DNA of 64,000 nucleotides from an uncultured Chthonomonadaceae bacterium (GTDB taxonomy: Bacteria; Armatimonadota; Chthonomonadetes; Chthonomonadales; Chthonomonadaceae): NCBI GenBank assembly GCA_963835065.1, contig CAWIEK010000037.1:64001-128000 (forward strand). Reading direction: 5' to 3'. Each line of letters opens with the position of its first letter. Position 1 is the first letter of the stretch. The notes under the pieces are model-generated. The model had not been told where the DNA came from and searched no databases. It saw only the letters and a program-made list of their open reading frames with translations. The position numbers and the translations under genes are program-made. Of this stretch, positions 10,377-22,293 are shown piece by piece.

Positions 10377-11447
10377 CTAACCAATCATCTTCCACTGTAA
10401 GGGAGTGCCGCGCGGAATGTCTTCCGTTGCGGTTTGTTCCAATATCTCTTCGTAATGGCGGGGAGCAAGGCCATGTCCGGGGCGAATGATGCGGACATTG
10501 GCGGAAGTGAAGCGCTCGCCCGCCCGGATGTTTTCGACGGCGAATAAAGAGCGGCGGTACAGCAGGCTGCCCGTTTCCCCGGCGCTGATACCGAGTTCGG
10601 GATTGCCGAGCGCCTGTTCCGTCGTTCGGATAGCGGCGACCATCTGCTGAAACTCGTCGGGTTCGAGGGAAAACGCGCTGTCGGGGCCGGGAAGGTCGCG
10701 GGACAGAGTAAGATGTTTTTCCACGATACAGGCTCCGAGCGCGACAGCGGCAATCGGAACCGCGATACCGAGCGTGTGATCCGACAGGCCAACGGGAACG
10801 CCAAACGTTTCGGCCAGTCGCTCCAGCGCGCGCAGGTTCATATCTTGCGCGCGGGCAGGATACGCGCTCGCGCATTTGAGCAGCGCAATATCCCGCGCGC
10901 CTTCTCCCCTCGCCGCGCAAAGGGCTTCCGCAATTTCGCTTTCCGAAGCCATGCCGGTAGACATTATCAAGGGCTTGCCGGTCTGCGCCGCCTTTCGTAT
11001 CAGGGGCAAGTCTACGATTTCAAACGACGCGATCTTATATGCGGGCATATCCAGCGTTTGCAGAAACTCCACAGCCGCATGGTCGAAGGGCGACGAGAAC
11101 AAGTCCATACGCAGCGCGTTGGCTTCGGCTTTGAGCAGGCTGTGCCATTGCCAGGGCGTTTGCGCTTCCTTATATAGATCATACAAGCGGCGTCCGGCCC
11201 AAAGACTGCCTTCGCCAATCTGAAAGCAAGGATTGTCGCAGTCCAGCGTGATGCCGTCCGGCGAAAGCGTTTGCAGCTTTACCGCGTCGGCTCCGGCGGC
11301 TTTCGCCGCATGAACAATGGCGCGCGCCTGTTCGAAATTCTGCCCGTGATTGGCCGACATTTCCGCAATAATATAAACGGGTTCGCCCGCTCCGATGCGG
11401 TGTCCGTTGATGGTAAGCATTGGCTTTATGGTAGATGCAGCAGACAT
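10377..11447 (-). CDS. pseI: Pseudaminic acid synthase (NeuB family)
   Basis: IIAEMSANH, ADAVKLQT, YKIASFEIVD, GLSDHTLG, EKHLTL and C-terminal SAF domain (RRSLF..IRPGHGL). Confidence 0.93.
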   Translation of the reverse strand: MSAASTIKPMLTINGHRIGAGEPVYIIAEMSANHGQNFEQARAIVHAAKAAGADAVKLQTLSPDGITLDCDNPCFQIGEGSLWAGRRLYDLYKEAQTPWQWHSLLKAEANALRMDLFSSPFDHAAVEFLQTLDMPAYKIASFEIVDLPLIRKAAQTGKPLIMSTGMASESEIAEALCAARGEGARDIALLKCASAYPARAQDMNLRALERLAETFGVPVGLSDHTLGIAVPIAAVALGACIVEKHLTLSRDLPGPDSAFSLEPDEFQQMVAAIRTTEQALGNPELGISAGETGSLLYRRSLFAVENIRAGERFTSANVRIIRPGHGLAPRHYEEILEQTATEDIPRGTPLQWKMIG

Positions 11448-11470
11448 AATAATCCTCGTAGGAAACGGTT

Positions 11471-11519
11471 TACCTCACCCCAACCCTCTCCTTACCGCGC
11501 AACGCGCTAGAAGAGGGGA
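11471..11519 (+). repeat. Family C palindromic repeat
   Basis: ACCTCAC..CCCTCTCC..CCGCGCAACGCGCTAG(G/A)AGAGGGG. Copies also at ~22213-22281 and ~47580-47646. Confidence 0.75.
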
Positions 11520-11664
11520 GCAACTTTTACAGGGCGCTTGATATAAGGCGATGGATACGCCTTGCATATGTGGGGGTTGGCAGGAAGACTGCCATTTATA
11601 TGTCGGGTAGTTGCCTCTTGCTCGTCAGGGGAAATTCATCATTTGGTGTTCGGTGTTCAGGTGT

Positions 11665-12153
11665 TCAGGTGTTCAGGCGTTCGGGTTTGTGGAGGATGGG
11701 AAGGGTGTAGTGGAGGAGGCAGAGGCCGTTGCGTTGTTGCGGTCCTTGATTGGAAAAGCCGGCGCGTTCAAAGGCGCGTTGCGAGGCGAGGTTTTCGGGT
11801 TTAATCCAGGCGTGTACCGTTTGAACGGTTGTATGTTTGGCTAAGGCGGCGATGCCTTCAGTTATTAAGGATGCGCCGTAGCCCTTGCCACGCTGCCGGG
11901 TGTCCAGGCTGATGCCGACTTCTGCCTCATTGCCGCAAAGGTCAAAGCGAATTTGTCCGATGGGCGTATTCCCTTCATCCTCTGCAATGAACAATAGGCA
12001 GGCCGAATCCCCTTGCCTGCGCTGAAACCAGGCCACATGCGTTTCCCAGGCAATGGGTTCTGAATGGATGGAATAAAGTCGCGTTCGCGGGTCATTCGCC
12101 CATGCAAACAACAAAGCGCAGTCAGTATCTTGTACACGTCTTAATCGCAGCAT
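11665..12153 (-). CDS. pseH: GNAT acetyltransferase, PseH-like
   Basis: LLFAWANDP..HVAWF..IGQIRFD..RGKGYG..NLASQRAFERAGF. Adjacent to pseG and pseI. Confidence 0.8.
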   Translation of the reverse strand: MLRLRRVQDTDCALLFAWANDPRTRLYSIHSEPIAWETHVAWFQRRQGDSACLLFIAEDEGNTPIGQIRFDLCGNEAEVGISLDTRQRGKGYGASLITEGIAALAKHTTVQTVHAWIKPENLASQRAFERAGFSNQGPQQRNGLCLLHYTLPILHKPERLNT

Positions 12154-12196
12154 ATTCGCTCCACCATTAGAGCCTCTCCCAATAAACGCGGCATTT

Positions 12197-12246
12197 GCGT
12201 CCGCAAGACGCTTGTACTATCCTGCCGGGGATTGCAAAGCCCCGGC
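12197..12246 (+). repeat. Family B palindromic repeat
   Basis: GCGTCCGCAAGACGCTTGTACTATCCTGCCGGGGATTGCAAAGCCCCGGC. Confidence 0.75.
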
Positions 12247-12262
12247 CAACAGCGACAGGTTC

Positions 12263-13364
12263 CTAATCACTGCGCAGCATATTCTCCACAATACGTTGCG
12301 CGCCTTTGCCGTCCACAAGCTGCCTGCCGGCACAGCCCATGGCGCGGCGGGCGTTCAGGTTGTGCGCCAGATTATGAAGGGCGCAGGCGAGTTTTTGCGG
12401 CGTGAGAGTGTCATGCCAGCCTAAATTTTGCAAGGTTCCCGCCGCCGCCATACCGTCCGCAACACGCTTCTGATTGTTGGCAAGCGCGAGGCTGAGGGTG
12501 GGAACCTGCATGTACGCGAGTTCCAGAGTCGTTGTTCCGGCAGCGGCAACCGCCAAATCCGCCCACGCCATAAGTTCTCCCATATTGGCAGGGGCGCACA
12601 GCAGTTCAATGTCGCGCCCACAATCCGCAATCGCCTGCTCAAGAACAGCGTGGTGCGGGTTGCCCGGCCCGGCAACGATTTTAACGACAAAGTTCCGGGC
12701 TTGCCACAACTCAAACGCTTGAACCACTTTGAGGGTGACATTATCAGGGTCGGTTCCGCCAAGCGTGACCAGAACATTTCGCGCGGTTTGTGGATGTGAG
12801 CGCCGCCATCCCTGCCATTGCGCGAACTCAGGGCGCAGCAGGGCATAGCGCGTACCAGGCCGCAATCGAGTATTTTCACTGCAATGATAGGCGAGAGTAT
12901 CAGCGTACACATTCTGATTGAGCAGCATATCGGCGTGATAATACGGATGATGCGCCATATCATCCAGCAGCAGGGTTTTGCCGCCGATTTTCCACACGGC
13001 TTCCTGAACCGCTTGCTGATAACAGGGCGTAAAGTGGTAGCCGTCCAGCGCAACCCAGGAAGGCCGATGTTCGTTTACAAGGGCAAGCAGAGCGGGCAAA
13101 TCGTCCGGGTGCGGATGCGCACTCGGAAAGTGAGACACGTTCCGCCCCCGTTTCCTCTATGCGCTTGGTAATGGCAGTGTTGTCGGCGTATGTGGCAAAA
13201 ATAACGCGCCCTCCGCGCGCCTGCCATTCCACTGCCAGCGCCAGGCAGCGCATGACATGCCCGTTGCCAATCTGCCGCGCTGCATCGGCGCGAATTAAAG
13301 GGTTGAGGGTTGTGTCCTTCCCTGCGGGTGGACGCCGGGTGAGAGTTGAGGGTAATTGAGTCAT
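12263..13364 (-). CDS. pseG: UDP-sugar hydrolase PseG, one frameshift near 13140
   Basis: IRADAARQIGNGHVMRCLALA in one frame, then LDGYHF, YALLRPEF, VTLGGTDP and ADLAVAAAGTT..NNQ in the next. Confidence 0.88.
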
Positions 13365-13397
13365 GGTAGGTTGTCAGGGACTTTCAACAACATAAGG

Positions 13398-13472
13398 TTT
13401 CCGGTCGCAGACCGGCTGGCGAACGCCCTGTAGACGGGTCGTTCACGACTCGGCTACGTTGAACGTTAATTT
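13398..13472. repeat. ~75-bp structured dispersed repeat, second copy at 51302-51378
   Basis: TTCCGGTCGCAGACCGG.TGGCG(G)AACGCCCT.TAGACGGG..GTTCACGACT(T)CGGCTA shared between both loci. Confidence 0.8.
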
Positions 13473-13493
13473 TGGTGAAAGTTCCTCACGGGC

Positions 13494-14960
<1,467 letters not shown>

Positions 14961-15057
14961 GGAAGGTAATTGACTTGGAAAGTGCTGTTTATTAACAGCA
15001 TAAGTGATGTGGCATTTTGGGATATGATACCAATCAAGGAAGAGTTCGTAGGGACAC

Positions 15058-15191
15058 AACATGTTGTGTCCGATGGGCAGCTGTGTCCGCATGGGCAAGG
15101 CTGTGTCCGCATGGGCAAGGCTGTGTCCGGGTTCTCATCTACCGGAGGAGGACACGCCGCCACCGGAGGACACAACATGTTGTGTCCCTAC
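15058..15191. repeat. GTAG REP doublet (REPIN-like) with internal 20-bp tandem repeats
   Basis: GTAGGGACACAACATGTTGTGTCC ... GGACACAACATGTTGTGTCCCTAC. Same family at 59260-59325. Confidence 0.85.
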
Positions 15192-15309
15192 ATCCTTGTT
15201 TTTGAACGCCTTATGCGAATAATATTGAGTTTAGATGAGCGCGAATGTGGAGGCAGTAAAAAAAGAAGTCACCAGCCACCAGTCACCAACCACCAATCAC
15301 CAACCACCC

Positions 15310-16110
15310 CTATGCCGCTTTGCTTTCGGCTTGCAGGGAGCGTAAGTAACCTTCGTTGCGGATAAATTGGCCGTTGATACGGCGCAGGTGCGGCTGGGCG
15401 CGCAGAAGGGCGGTCACATCCGAATAGTGAAAATGCTGCGTACCCAGGGAATGAAAGACGGCGCGAACAAAGGCGAGATCGGGCAGTTCGTCTACCGTCC
15501 AGCGCCAGGCGGACAGGTCTTCGCTGTTGTGAACATTGCCGACGCGAAAGCCGTTGGCGGGATTGCGCAGGTAGGGCGTGACGTGTTCGCGCTCGGAAGG
15601 CAGGGTGGCCTCCCACCAGGCGCGTTCCAGAACGGAATAGCCAAAAACTTCGGTATCCAGGCCATCAGGGTAAGTGGGCGGATCCACATTGGAAACATAA
15701 TCGAAGTCGGCGCTGTGAAAGGCGGTAACAACGGCATCAATCACATCGGGGTCGTGCAGGGGGCAATCGGCTGTCAATCGGACAACAGTATCGGCTTGCG
15801 CATAGCGGGCTGCCTGTAAGAAACGATCCAGAACGTCGTTTTGGCTGCCGCGAAAGCAGTCAATGCCGTGCCAGCGACAGAAATCCGCGATAATCGTGTC
15901 TTCACCGGCGGTTGAGGTGGCGACCAGAACATGATCCAGGCGTTTGGCGCGGCGAACGCGGTTGACGACATGCCACAGCATCGGCTTGCCCGCAATCGTG
16001 TGCAGCACTTTACCGGGCAGGCGGGAAGATCCCATACGCGCCTGAATAATGCCCACTGTACGCGACGAAACAAAGCGAAGTTCAGAGGAAACAGGTTCGG
16101 TTACAGGCAT
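15310..16110 (-). CDS. spsF: SpsF-like cytidylyltransferase-family protein
   Basis: IIQARMGSSRLPGKVL, FRGSQNDVLDRF, VRLTADCP, YPDGLDTEV, EREHVT and RWTVDE. Confidence 0.9.
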   Translation of the reverse strand: MPVTEPVSSELRFVSSRTVGIIQARMGSSRLPGKVLHTIAGKPMLWHVVNRVRRAKRLDHVLVATSTAGEDTIIADFCRWHGIDCFRGSQNDVLDRFLQAARYAQADTVVRLTADCPLHDPDVIDAVVTAFHSADFDYVSNVDPPTYPDGLDTEVFGYSVLERAWWEATLPSEREHVTPYLRNPANGFRVGNVHNSEDLSAWRWTVDELPDLAFVRAVFHSLGTQHFHYSDVTALLRAQPHLRRINGQFIRNEGYLRSLQAESKAA

Positions 16111-17702
16111 AGATTGCTTTCCGGTGTGCTGCGGGCTTGCAGGGCAAGGCGCAGGGTTTGTGTGGCGTCGCTTACGGAATTGAATGTCGGCGCGTTACTT
16201 TCTACGCAGGCCAGAAAGTACGCCAGTTCATCGCGGTACATCTGGTTCACCTGCCAATCATCGGGCTGCCGGACGGATTGGGCTGCCGCGCCGGAAGCGT
16301 TATAATGGATCGTTTCACCTGTTGTAAAATCCCATGCCAACGTACCCTCACTGCCGATGATTTCGATGCGGCGCTGATAATTGCGCTGCACAAAGTTGAG
16401 ATGAACGCTGGAAAACGCGCCGTTTTGGTGCGCGAGCAGCAGTTCCGCCATGCCGTCCGTTTCTAATCCGAGGGAAGTAGCGGGACGAACCAGCGAGCTG
16501 TGCAGGGACGCGGGGCCAAGCAGCCATAGGGCAAGATCAATCTCATGGATGCAGTCAAGCAACGCGCCGCCATGCGCAGGAGACGCACTGTAACCGGCGC
16601 GATAATCCTGCTGCGGACGCCAGGCGGGCAGATAAGAGCCGGTGTGCAGCCTCGCGCTCAAAACATCGCCGATGATGCCGGATTCAAGCCATTGCTTGAG
16701 CAGGGCGGGGCCGGGATGAAAGCGCATGTTGCAGCCGACAAGATTGACTTGTTTATGCTTTACCAAGAGCGCGTTGAGTTCGTCCAAGCCGTCGCAGATC
16801 GTGCGCAACGGGCTTTTCGATGAACAGCGCCGCGCCCGCGTGAGCCGCCGCAAGCGCAAAGCAGGTATGCAGATGGGAAGGGGTACAGATAAAAGCGACA
16901 TGAGGCTGAAATTCCCATAGTTCGTCGGGACAGGCAACGGAATGGATGCCATATTCGGCGGCGACGGCTTCACGTGACTGCGCCGAAGCATCGTAAACAA
17001 CGATGTTTACCGGACGGCCACAAGTCAGTGAACGTAAATTGGCGAGATGCCGCCGCCCAATGGAACCGCAGCCAATCAGGGCGATACGCAGGGAATTGTC
17101 GCTTGCAGCCACGTATTTACGCCGGTGTGTAGTAGTTACAGTGGCCTGCAAAAGATTGGCGCGTTCGAGAGACATTTGTACAACTTCTATGGCCTGCCCT
17201 TCAAACATCACCTGACGGCGCGGTGAAGCATCTTCCACCATGCCGGCCTTACGCATCACATTCAGCATCCCCTGATTGACGCTGAGGGTTCCTGCCGTGA
17301 TTTTGCGCAGCACCGCACTCTTTCAGAAGGTAATTGCAAACGGCCTGCCATGCCTCTGTTCCATAACCTTGCCCCCACGCCGAGCGTTCGCCAATCATAA
17401 TGCCCACATCCGCCACGCTGTTTTCGACATCCACGTAAGCGTTGATATTGCCAATATGTCCGAGCGCGGCATCATGCGCGATGATAGCCCAAAAGTGGTT
17501 CGACGTGTCGGCAAACGACTGCCGGTAGTCCCGGCACGATTCGAGCGTATGCAGCATGGTGGCGCTGTTCGCTGTAGCGGACGACTTCAGGGTCATTGAG
17601 CCAACTCACATAGCGCGGGGTCAGATGCGCTTCGCTGAAGGGAACTATGGACAGGCGGGAGGTTTGGATTTTCGATTTTCGATTTTCGATTTTCGATTGC
17701 AT
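16101..17702 (-). CDS. GNAT acetyltransferase apparently fused to a Gfo/Idh/MocA oxidoreductase; three frameshifts
   Basis: YVSWLNDPEV / HIGNI..IGERSAWGQGYG / LRKITAGT runs without a stop into IALIGCGSIGRRH..FIEKP, then NMRFHP..GGALLDCIHEID. Confidence 0.7.
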
Positions 17703-17728
17703 GTTGATAGGCGGCGCTGTTGACAGTA

Positions 17729-18931
17729 TTAGATGTGTTGGGCTGACTGAAAGTAAGCGGCAGAAACATTATTTTTCAATGTCAGGTTTGCGAGAAATTC
17801 GGTTACGCGCCGGGTGGAACCGGAGGGAATTACAGAATCTATATCGGTGTTTGGGTTCGTGGTTTGCAGCAAAAGTTGGGGCAGAAGGGCGTGGAGGCCG
17901 GCGCGGTTGGTGGCGCAGGGAGTCAGGGCGGTACGGGTGGTCGGGAGCCATTCTTGTTCGCAAAGGCGCGGCAGGATGGACAGGGTAGGGCGCTGGAGCA
18001 GGGCGGCTTCCAGCAGGAGCATGGAGGACATGCCCACAACCAGGTCGGCGGCGTAAATCAATTCCAGAGGAACGCCCCCGCTGCTGACAAGATCGAAATC
18101 GGCTTCGTAGGCGGCAAATTCTTCGCGCGTATTTTTCGGGTGCAGGCGCAGAACCGTGCAAGCAGGACAGGCGACTTGCGCAAGGGCGTCTAACAGTTCT
18201 TCAATGACAATATCGGTGCGGGCATTGCTGCTTCCTCTGCCGTGCAGCGTATATTGCGGGGAACGCTGAAATTGTTCCGCATCCGCTCCCGAAGAGATTT
18301 CCGCGACGAACACGATAACTTTTTGTTCCGGGTGCGCATGGGGAAGCCATTTTTGGCGCAGGGTTTCGCGTCCAATCTGTTCCAGACGCTCCCCTTCTTC
18401 CCGCGCGAAGTCATAATGCGGATGACCAGCGACGACAATCCGCTGATTATCGTAGCCGAGTTCGACAAACGCTTGCCGTGTCCACGTATCCGGCACAATC
18501 AGCCAGTCGGGCGCATGAGCAAGTGCGTTGTCTGTCCGGCCTCGAAAACGGTGCGCGGCGTTCGCAAACGCATCCACGACGCCCACGCTGACACTCCCCG
18601 CCTGCCGCCACTGCTGAATTAATTCCAGTCCGTAACTGTCCGGGTTTTCCGAAGTACCGACGACGAGCAAGGATGAAGGATGAAGGATGAAGGATGAAAG
18701 GGGCAGGGTATCGGGTGTTGGGTGTTGGGTGTTGGGTATTAGGGGGTCAGAGGTAATGCCGCGCTGCGCTAAATACTCAGTTGCGGGAGTTGCGGACAGG
18801 AGTTGGGTTGTTAAGCCATGTTCGGCGAGAGCGGCGGGAAGGTAGGCGACGTAATTAGCTGCGCCGGGGTCTTCCACGAACATTAGTATGTCGGGTGTTG
18901 GGTGTTGAGTGTTGGGTGTTGGGGGTTGCAT
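17729..18931 (-). CDS. GT-B-like glycosyltransferase / CDP-glycerol transferase-like hypothetical
   Basis: EDPGAAN, VAGHPHYD, LRLHPKN and ADLVVGMSSMLLLEA. Heptamer-derived N-terminus and internal insert. Confidence 0.65.
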   Translation of the reverse strand: MQPPTPNTQHPTPDILMFVEDPGAANYVAYLPAALAEHGLTTQLLSATPATEYLAQRGITSDPLIPNTQHPTPDTLPLSSFILHPSSLLVVGTSENPDSYGLELIQQWRQAGSVSVGVVDAFANAAHRFRGRTDNALAHAPDWLIVPDTWTRQAFVELGYDNQRIVVAGHPHYDFAREEGERLEQIGRETLRQKWLPHAHPEQKVIVFVAEISSGADAEQFQRSPQYTLHGRGSSNARTDIVIEELLDALAQVACPACTVLRLHPKNTREEFAAYEADFDLVSSGGVPLELIYAADLVVGMSSMLLLEAALLQRPTLSILPRLCEQEWLPTTRTALTPCATNRAGLHALLPQLLLQTTNPNTDIDSVIPSGSTRRVTEFLANLTLKNNVSAAYFQSAQHI

Positions 18932-19944
18932 TATGAATTTTGTGCTTGTGACATTAGAGTTTCTACCACATCAACCGTTTTGAGGGCAGATTGGCCGGGG
19001 CTGCATAGGGGCGCGTCGTGAAAAAGCGCATTGGCGAGGTTGTCGTACATGCGGTAAAAGGCGTGGCCTACGGTGGACGGCAGGGGATGGGGGGTGTCGG
19101 AGGCGATTTCATGCTCACCGGTTGTGGCGCGATGTGGGCAGTGGGGGAACAGGCGGATGTTTAAGCCTTCCTGTTCCATGCTCAAGCGTCCGCGCGTACC
19201 CCATATATCCAGGCTGTTTTCGCGGTAGCGCGTGAAATCTACGGCTTGCGCCATCACGCACAGGCCGTTTTGCATTTGCAGGGTGAACGGGAATTGCCGG
19301 TCGCCGGACAATGGCCCGGCGTGGGAGGGAACCGCGCCAGGCGCGATACGGGCGCAGGCCACTTCACCGAACAGCATCCGGGCAAAATCTATGAGATGTG
19401 TGCCGTTGTTGCGCAGGCCGTTGCCGTACAGAGCGAAAACCGCCTGTGGAGCGCCGATAAGTTCCTGCAAATAGCCGCCTGCCAAACGCTGAAACAATTC
19501 GTCCGCCCGCCGCCATAGATTCACCTGTACCAAAATACTGCGACGAGCGCACTCCCGCAAAAACGCCTCGCTTTGTTCACGGGTTTCCCCCAGCGGCTTT
19601 TCCACGAGAACGGCGCGTAGGTCGGGCAGGTTTGCCAGTAATTCCAAGCGCGTGTGGGGCGGCGTTGCCAGCACCGCCACTTCGGGCGAAACCATTTGCG
19701 CCAGTTCTGCTGCGGTACGCGCTGTATGCGGAATATGCCAGCGTTGCTTTGCCGCTTGCAGGGCGTCCTCGGACACATCCACCACGCCCTGCCAGTCGAA
19801 GCCGGGATGCGCCTGCAAAACCTGCGCGTGTGTGGCAAAAGGATAATGCCGCGCCATGACAGGATCGTCCGCGTACCTGGCTCCCACCTGCCCGAAGCCT
19901 ACAATGGCTGTTCGCAGCGGCTTACGCGAAATCGCAGTTGTCAT
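18931..19944 (-). CDS. Gfo/Idh/MocA oxidoreductase
   Basis: AIVGFGQVG, ATPP, VLVEKPLG and GLRNNGTHLID. Confidence 0.88.
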   Translation of the reverse strand: MTTAISRKPLRTAIVGFGQVGARYADDPVMARHYPFATHAQVLQAHPGFDWQGVVDVSEDALQAAKQRWHIPHTARTAAELAQMVSPEVAVLATPPHTRLELLANLPDLRAVLVEKPLGETREQSEAFLRECARRSILVQVNLWRRADELFQRLAGGYLQELIGAPQAVFALYGNGLRNNGTHLIDFARMLFGEVACARIAPGAVPSHAGPLSGDRQFPFTLQMQNGLCVMAQAVDFTRYRENSLDIWGTRGRLSMEQEGLNIRLFPHCPHRATTGEHEIASDTPHPLPSTVGHAFYRMYDNLANALFHDAPLCSPGQSALKTVDVVETLMSQAQNS

Positions 19945-20804
19945 TACGCGGCCTTTGCCCTTGCTTCGGTCTTTGTCGTTACTTCAATCATTGTCTTTAC
20001 TTCGGTGTTTGCGTATACTTGAGTCCCGGCTTTAGTTGCCTGCTTTGCTGTGGGAAGATTTTCACTGCGGGCGGATTTTTCCTCGCAATCACGGTTGAGG
20101 GCAAGCAGTTCGGGCTTGCGGCGCAGCAGGCGCATGATCTCTTCCAGCCCGAACCAATCGCCATACGCGGGCGCAAGATGCCGGTACACGGCGTTTATAA
20201 ATTGATGGTCTTCCGGGTAATCCAACTGAAAGCGATAGTCGGGGGCATGCCAGCGGGCAGGCGCGAACAGGTTGAAGATGCGATACCGGCGCGGGTTATC
20301 GTAAAAATACAGCGAAACGTGTTCGCGCACCGCAGGGTTAGAAATCGTTCGCTCCACATCCGACAGGTCGCGCAGGCGGAAAACCTGAATGTCTTCGCCC
20401 ATTGGAAACGTGACCGGAAACACATTGGTCACAACATCACAGTCGTTGTTGAGGAACGTTTTCACGCCCATGTCAATCAGTTCCGGGTCGAGCAGGATGC
20501 AGTCGCCCGTAATTTCCACCACAATGTCCGATTCCATGCTGCGCTGCGCTCCAACCACGCGCTTGAGAACATCCTCTTCGCTGCCGCGATAAACGGCAAC
20601 CTTTTCGCGTTCTGCCCAGGCCGCAAGCGCATTATCTCCCGGCGATGTGGAAGTGGCAAGGACAATATCATCCAGATGGCGGCAATGGCGCAGGCGGCGC
20701 AGCAATCTTGTCAGGGCCGGCTGCCCGCCCACATCGGCAAGCGCTTTGCCGGGAAAACGCGACGACCCCATGCGGGCCTCAATGCTGGCAATCACTCGTG
20801 GCAT
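19944..20804 (-). CDS. Second SpsF-like cytidylyltransferase-family protein
   Basis: SIEARMGSSRFPGK, YRGSEEDVL, ITGDC, REHVSLYF and LDYPED. Confidence 0.88.
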   Translation of the reverse strand: MPRVIASIEARMGSSRFPGKALADVGGQPALTRLLRRLRHCRHLDDIVLATSTSPGDNALAAWAEREKVAVYRGSEEDVLKRVVGAQRSMESDIVVEITGDCILLDPELIDMGVKTFLNNDCDVVTNVFPVTFPMGEDIQVFRLRDLSDVERTISNPAVREHVSLYFYDNPRRYRIFNLFAPARWHAPDYRFQLDYPEDHQFINAVYRHLAPAYGDWFGLEEIMRLLRRKPELLALNRDCEEKSARSENLPTAKQATKAGTQVYANTEVKTMIEVTTKTEARAKAA

Positions 20805-20838
20805 AACGGAACTCCGAAGTTTCCAATGAACTTTGCAA

Positions 20839-22212
20839 TCAGGCATGAAAATAACATAAAAAGTGGTAAATGGCGCGTTCAAACACATCCGGCTGACGGC
20901 AGAAGCGCAGATGCGAACCGATTTCCAGATTGTTCCAATGCGCCTTCCGATCCAAAATCATTTCCAACAGGGCAAAAGGCAGCGTGATGCGAACAAACGG
21001 CTCTTCTTCCAATCCCCGAAACGTTTTAGCGACCGGGCAGCCATTAAAGGGAACACAGTACAAATGTTCCTCCCCTGTATCCAGAACCAGTTTCCAATCG
21101 GAGCGATAACCGCCCTGCGCGTCCTGATAGCGGAGCATCCGCGCCTGCGCCACCTGTAAACGCGGCATCAAATCCGGCAACTCGGAGAGGGGCGCGAACA
21201 TTTCGGCTTCTTCTTGCGCTTGATGTTGATCTTCATAAGGGTAGCGCCTGTGCGCCAGAACGTCGCGTACATATTCCGCGCGCTTCACGGGATCGGGAGG
21301 GGCAAACGGCGCGGAAGAGGTTTGGGTTTCGACATCAAACCGTTCACCCGAATTCAGCAGAACCATTCGGGCGTTCAGATCGTGTTCGGCCAGCAGAGGA
21401 GCGAACACGACAGGCAGTTCCTCCAATTCGGGAACGCCGCGAAAGGGGTTGAGCGCGGACAATCGCCCGCCGAGCGTATACTGCCCGGCAAACGGCAAAA
21501 AGGCGGTTGGGCGCAACTGTTTCAGGTACATCGCCGCCTGATGCAAAAACTGCTTTTGCTTGGCTTGCCCGCGCTCCCGTTTCGCCGCATCGTCCAGGTT
21601 GTCGAAACACTGCGGGTACGGTCCTGCCCCGGCGTAGCCCACCATCAGAAAGTCTACGCTGCCATAGCGTTCGAGGATGTGCTGACACGCCGTGCTTGCC
21701 ATGACATGCGGGCAGTCGTTGACATTCACGACGGTCTTGCCGCCGCCATGAAAGACGGCAAGCGTATCAATCTGCGAAGAACGATTGGGAGATTGGTTAG
21801 GTGCGCAGCCAAAGAACTTGCCGCAAACGCCCGGATCGCAGTTGTCCGCCGCCATGATTTCCATCGTGAAGTCAGGGGCAATTTCCACAATGCTCCTGTG
21901 CGGCGCTTCGCGTATATCGGTAAAGCCTATCCCCGCAAGCGTCCGCCGCACAAATTTTTCGGCGTAATCGTGGATGACAATAGGAATATGGCGAGGCAGG
22001 CGTGACAGCGTAGCCGGGTCGAGGTGATCCGGGTGAATGTGGGAGATGTAAATATAGTCTACATCGGCGAAATCTTCCGGCGCGAACGTCAAAGGCGGAT
22101 AGTGGAACCAGCTTCCATAGTAGATGCCGTCCGTCAGCCAGGGATCGCACAGGACGCGCTTGCCGGCATGTTCCACAATCACGGTTGCGCTGCTGATGTA
22201 CTGAATTTGCAT
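20839..22212 (-). CDS. Metallo-beta-lactamase-fold protein, CMP-Neu5Ac-hydroxylase-like (no Rieske domain)
   Basis: LCDPWL..YYGSW, YIYISHIHPDH, NVNDC, GYAGAGPYPQC and PFAGQY. Confidence 0.75.
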   Translation of the reverse strand: MQIQYISSATVIVEHAGKRVLCDPWLTDGIYYGSWFHYPPLTFAPEDFADVDYIYISHIHPDHLDPATLSRLPRHIPIVIHDYAEKFVRRTLAGIGFTDIREAPHRSIVEIAPDFTMEIMAADNCDPGVCGKFFGCAPNQSPNRSSQIDTLAVFHGGGKTVVNVNDCPHVMASTACQHILERYGSVDFLMVGYAGAGPYPQCFDNLDDAAKRERGQAKQKQFLHQAAMYLKQLRPTAFLPFAGQYTLGGRLSALNPFRGVPELEELPVVFAPLLAEHDLNARMVLLNSGERFDVETQTSSAPFAPPDPVKRAEYVRDVLAHRRYPYEDQHQAQEEAEMFAPLSELPDLMPRLQVAQARMLRYQDAQGGYRSDWKLVLDTGEEHLYCVPFNGCPVAKTFRGLEEEPFVRITLPFALLEMILDRKAHWNNLEIGSHLRFCRQPDVFERAIYHFLCYFHA

Positions 22213-22293
22213 TTACCTCACTCCGGGCGTCCATTTATGGACACCCTCTCCTGGCCGCTCGTTCCTCGCTAGGAGAGGGGCTAATAATATGCG

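Noticed and set aside
13398..13472. c-di-GMP-I riboswitch
   Set aside because: It lacks the GNRA tetraloop and the GGCAAA/GCAAA junction motifs on either strand.
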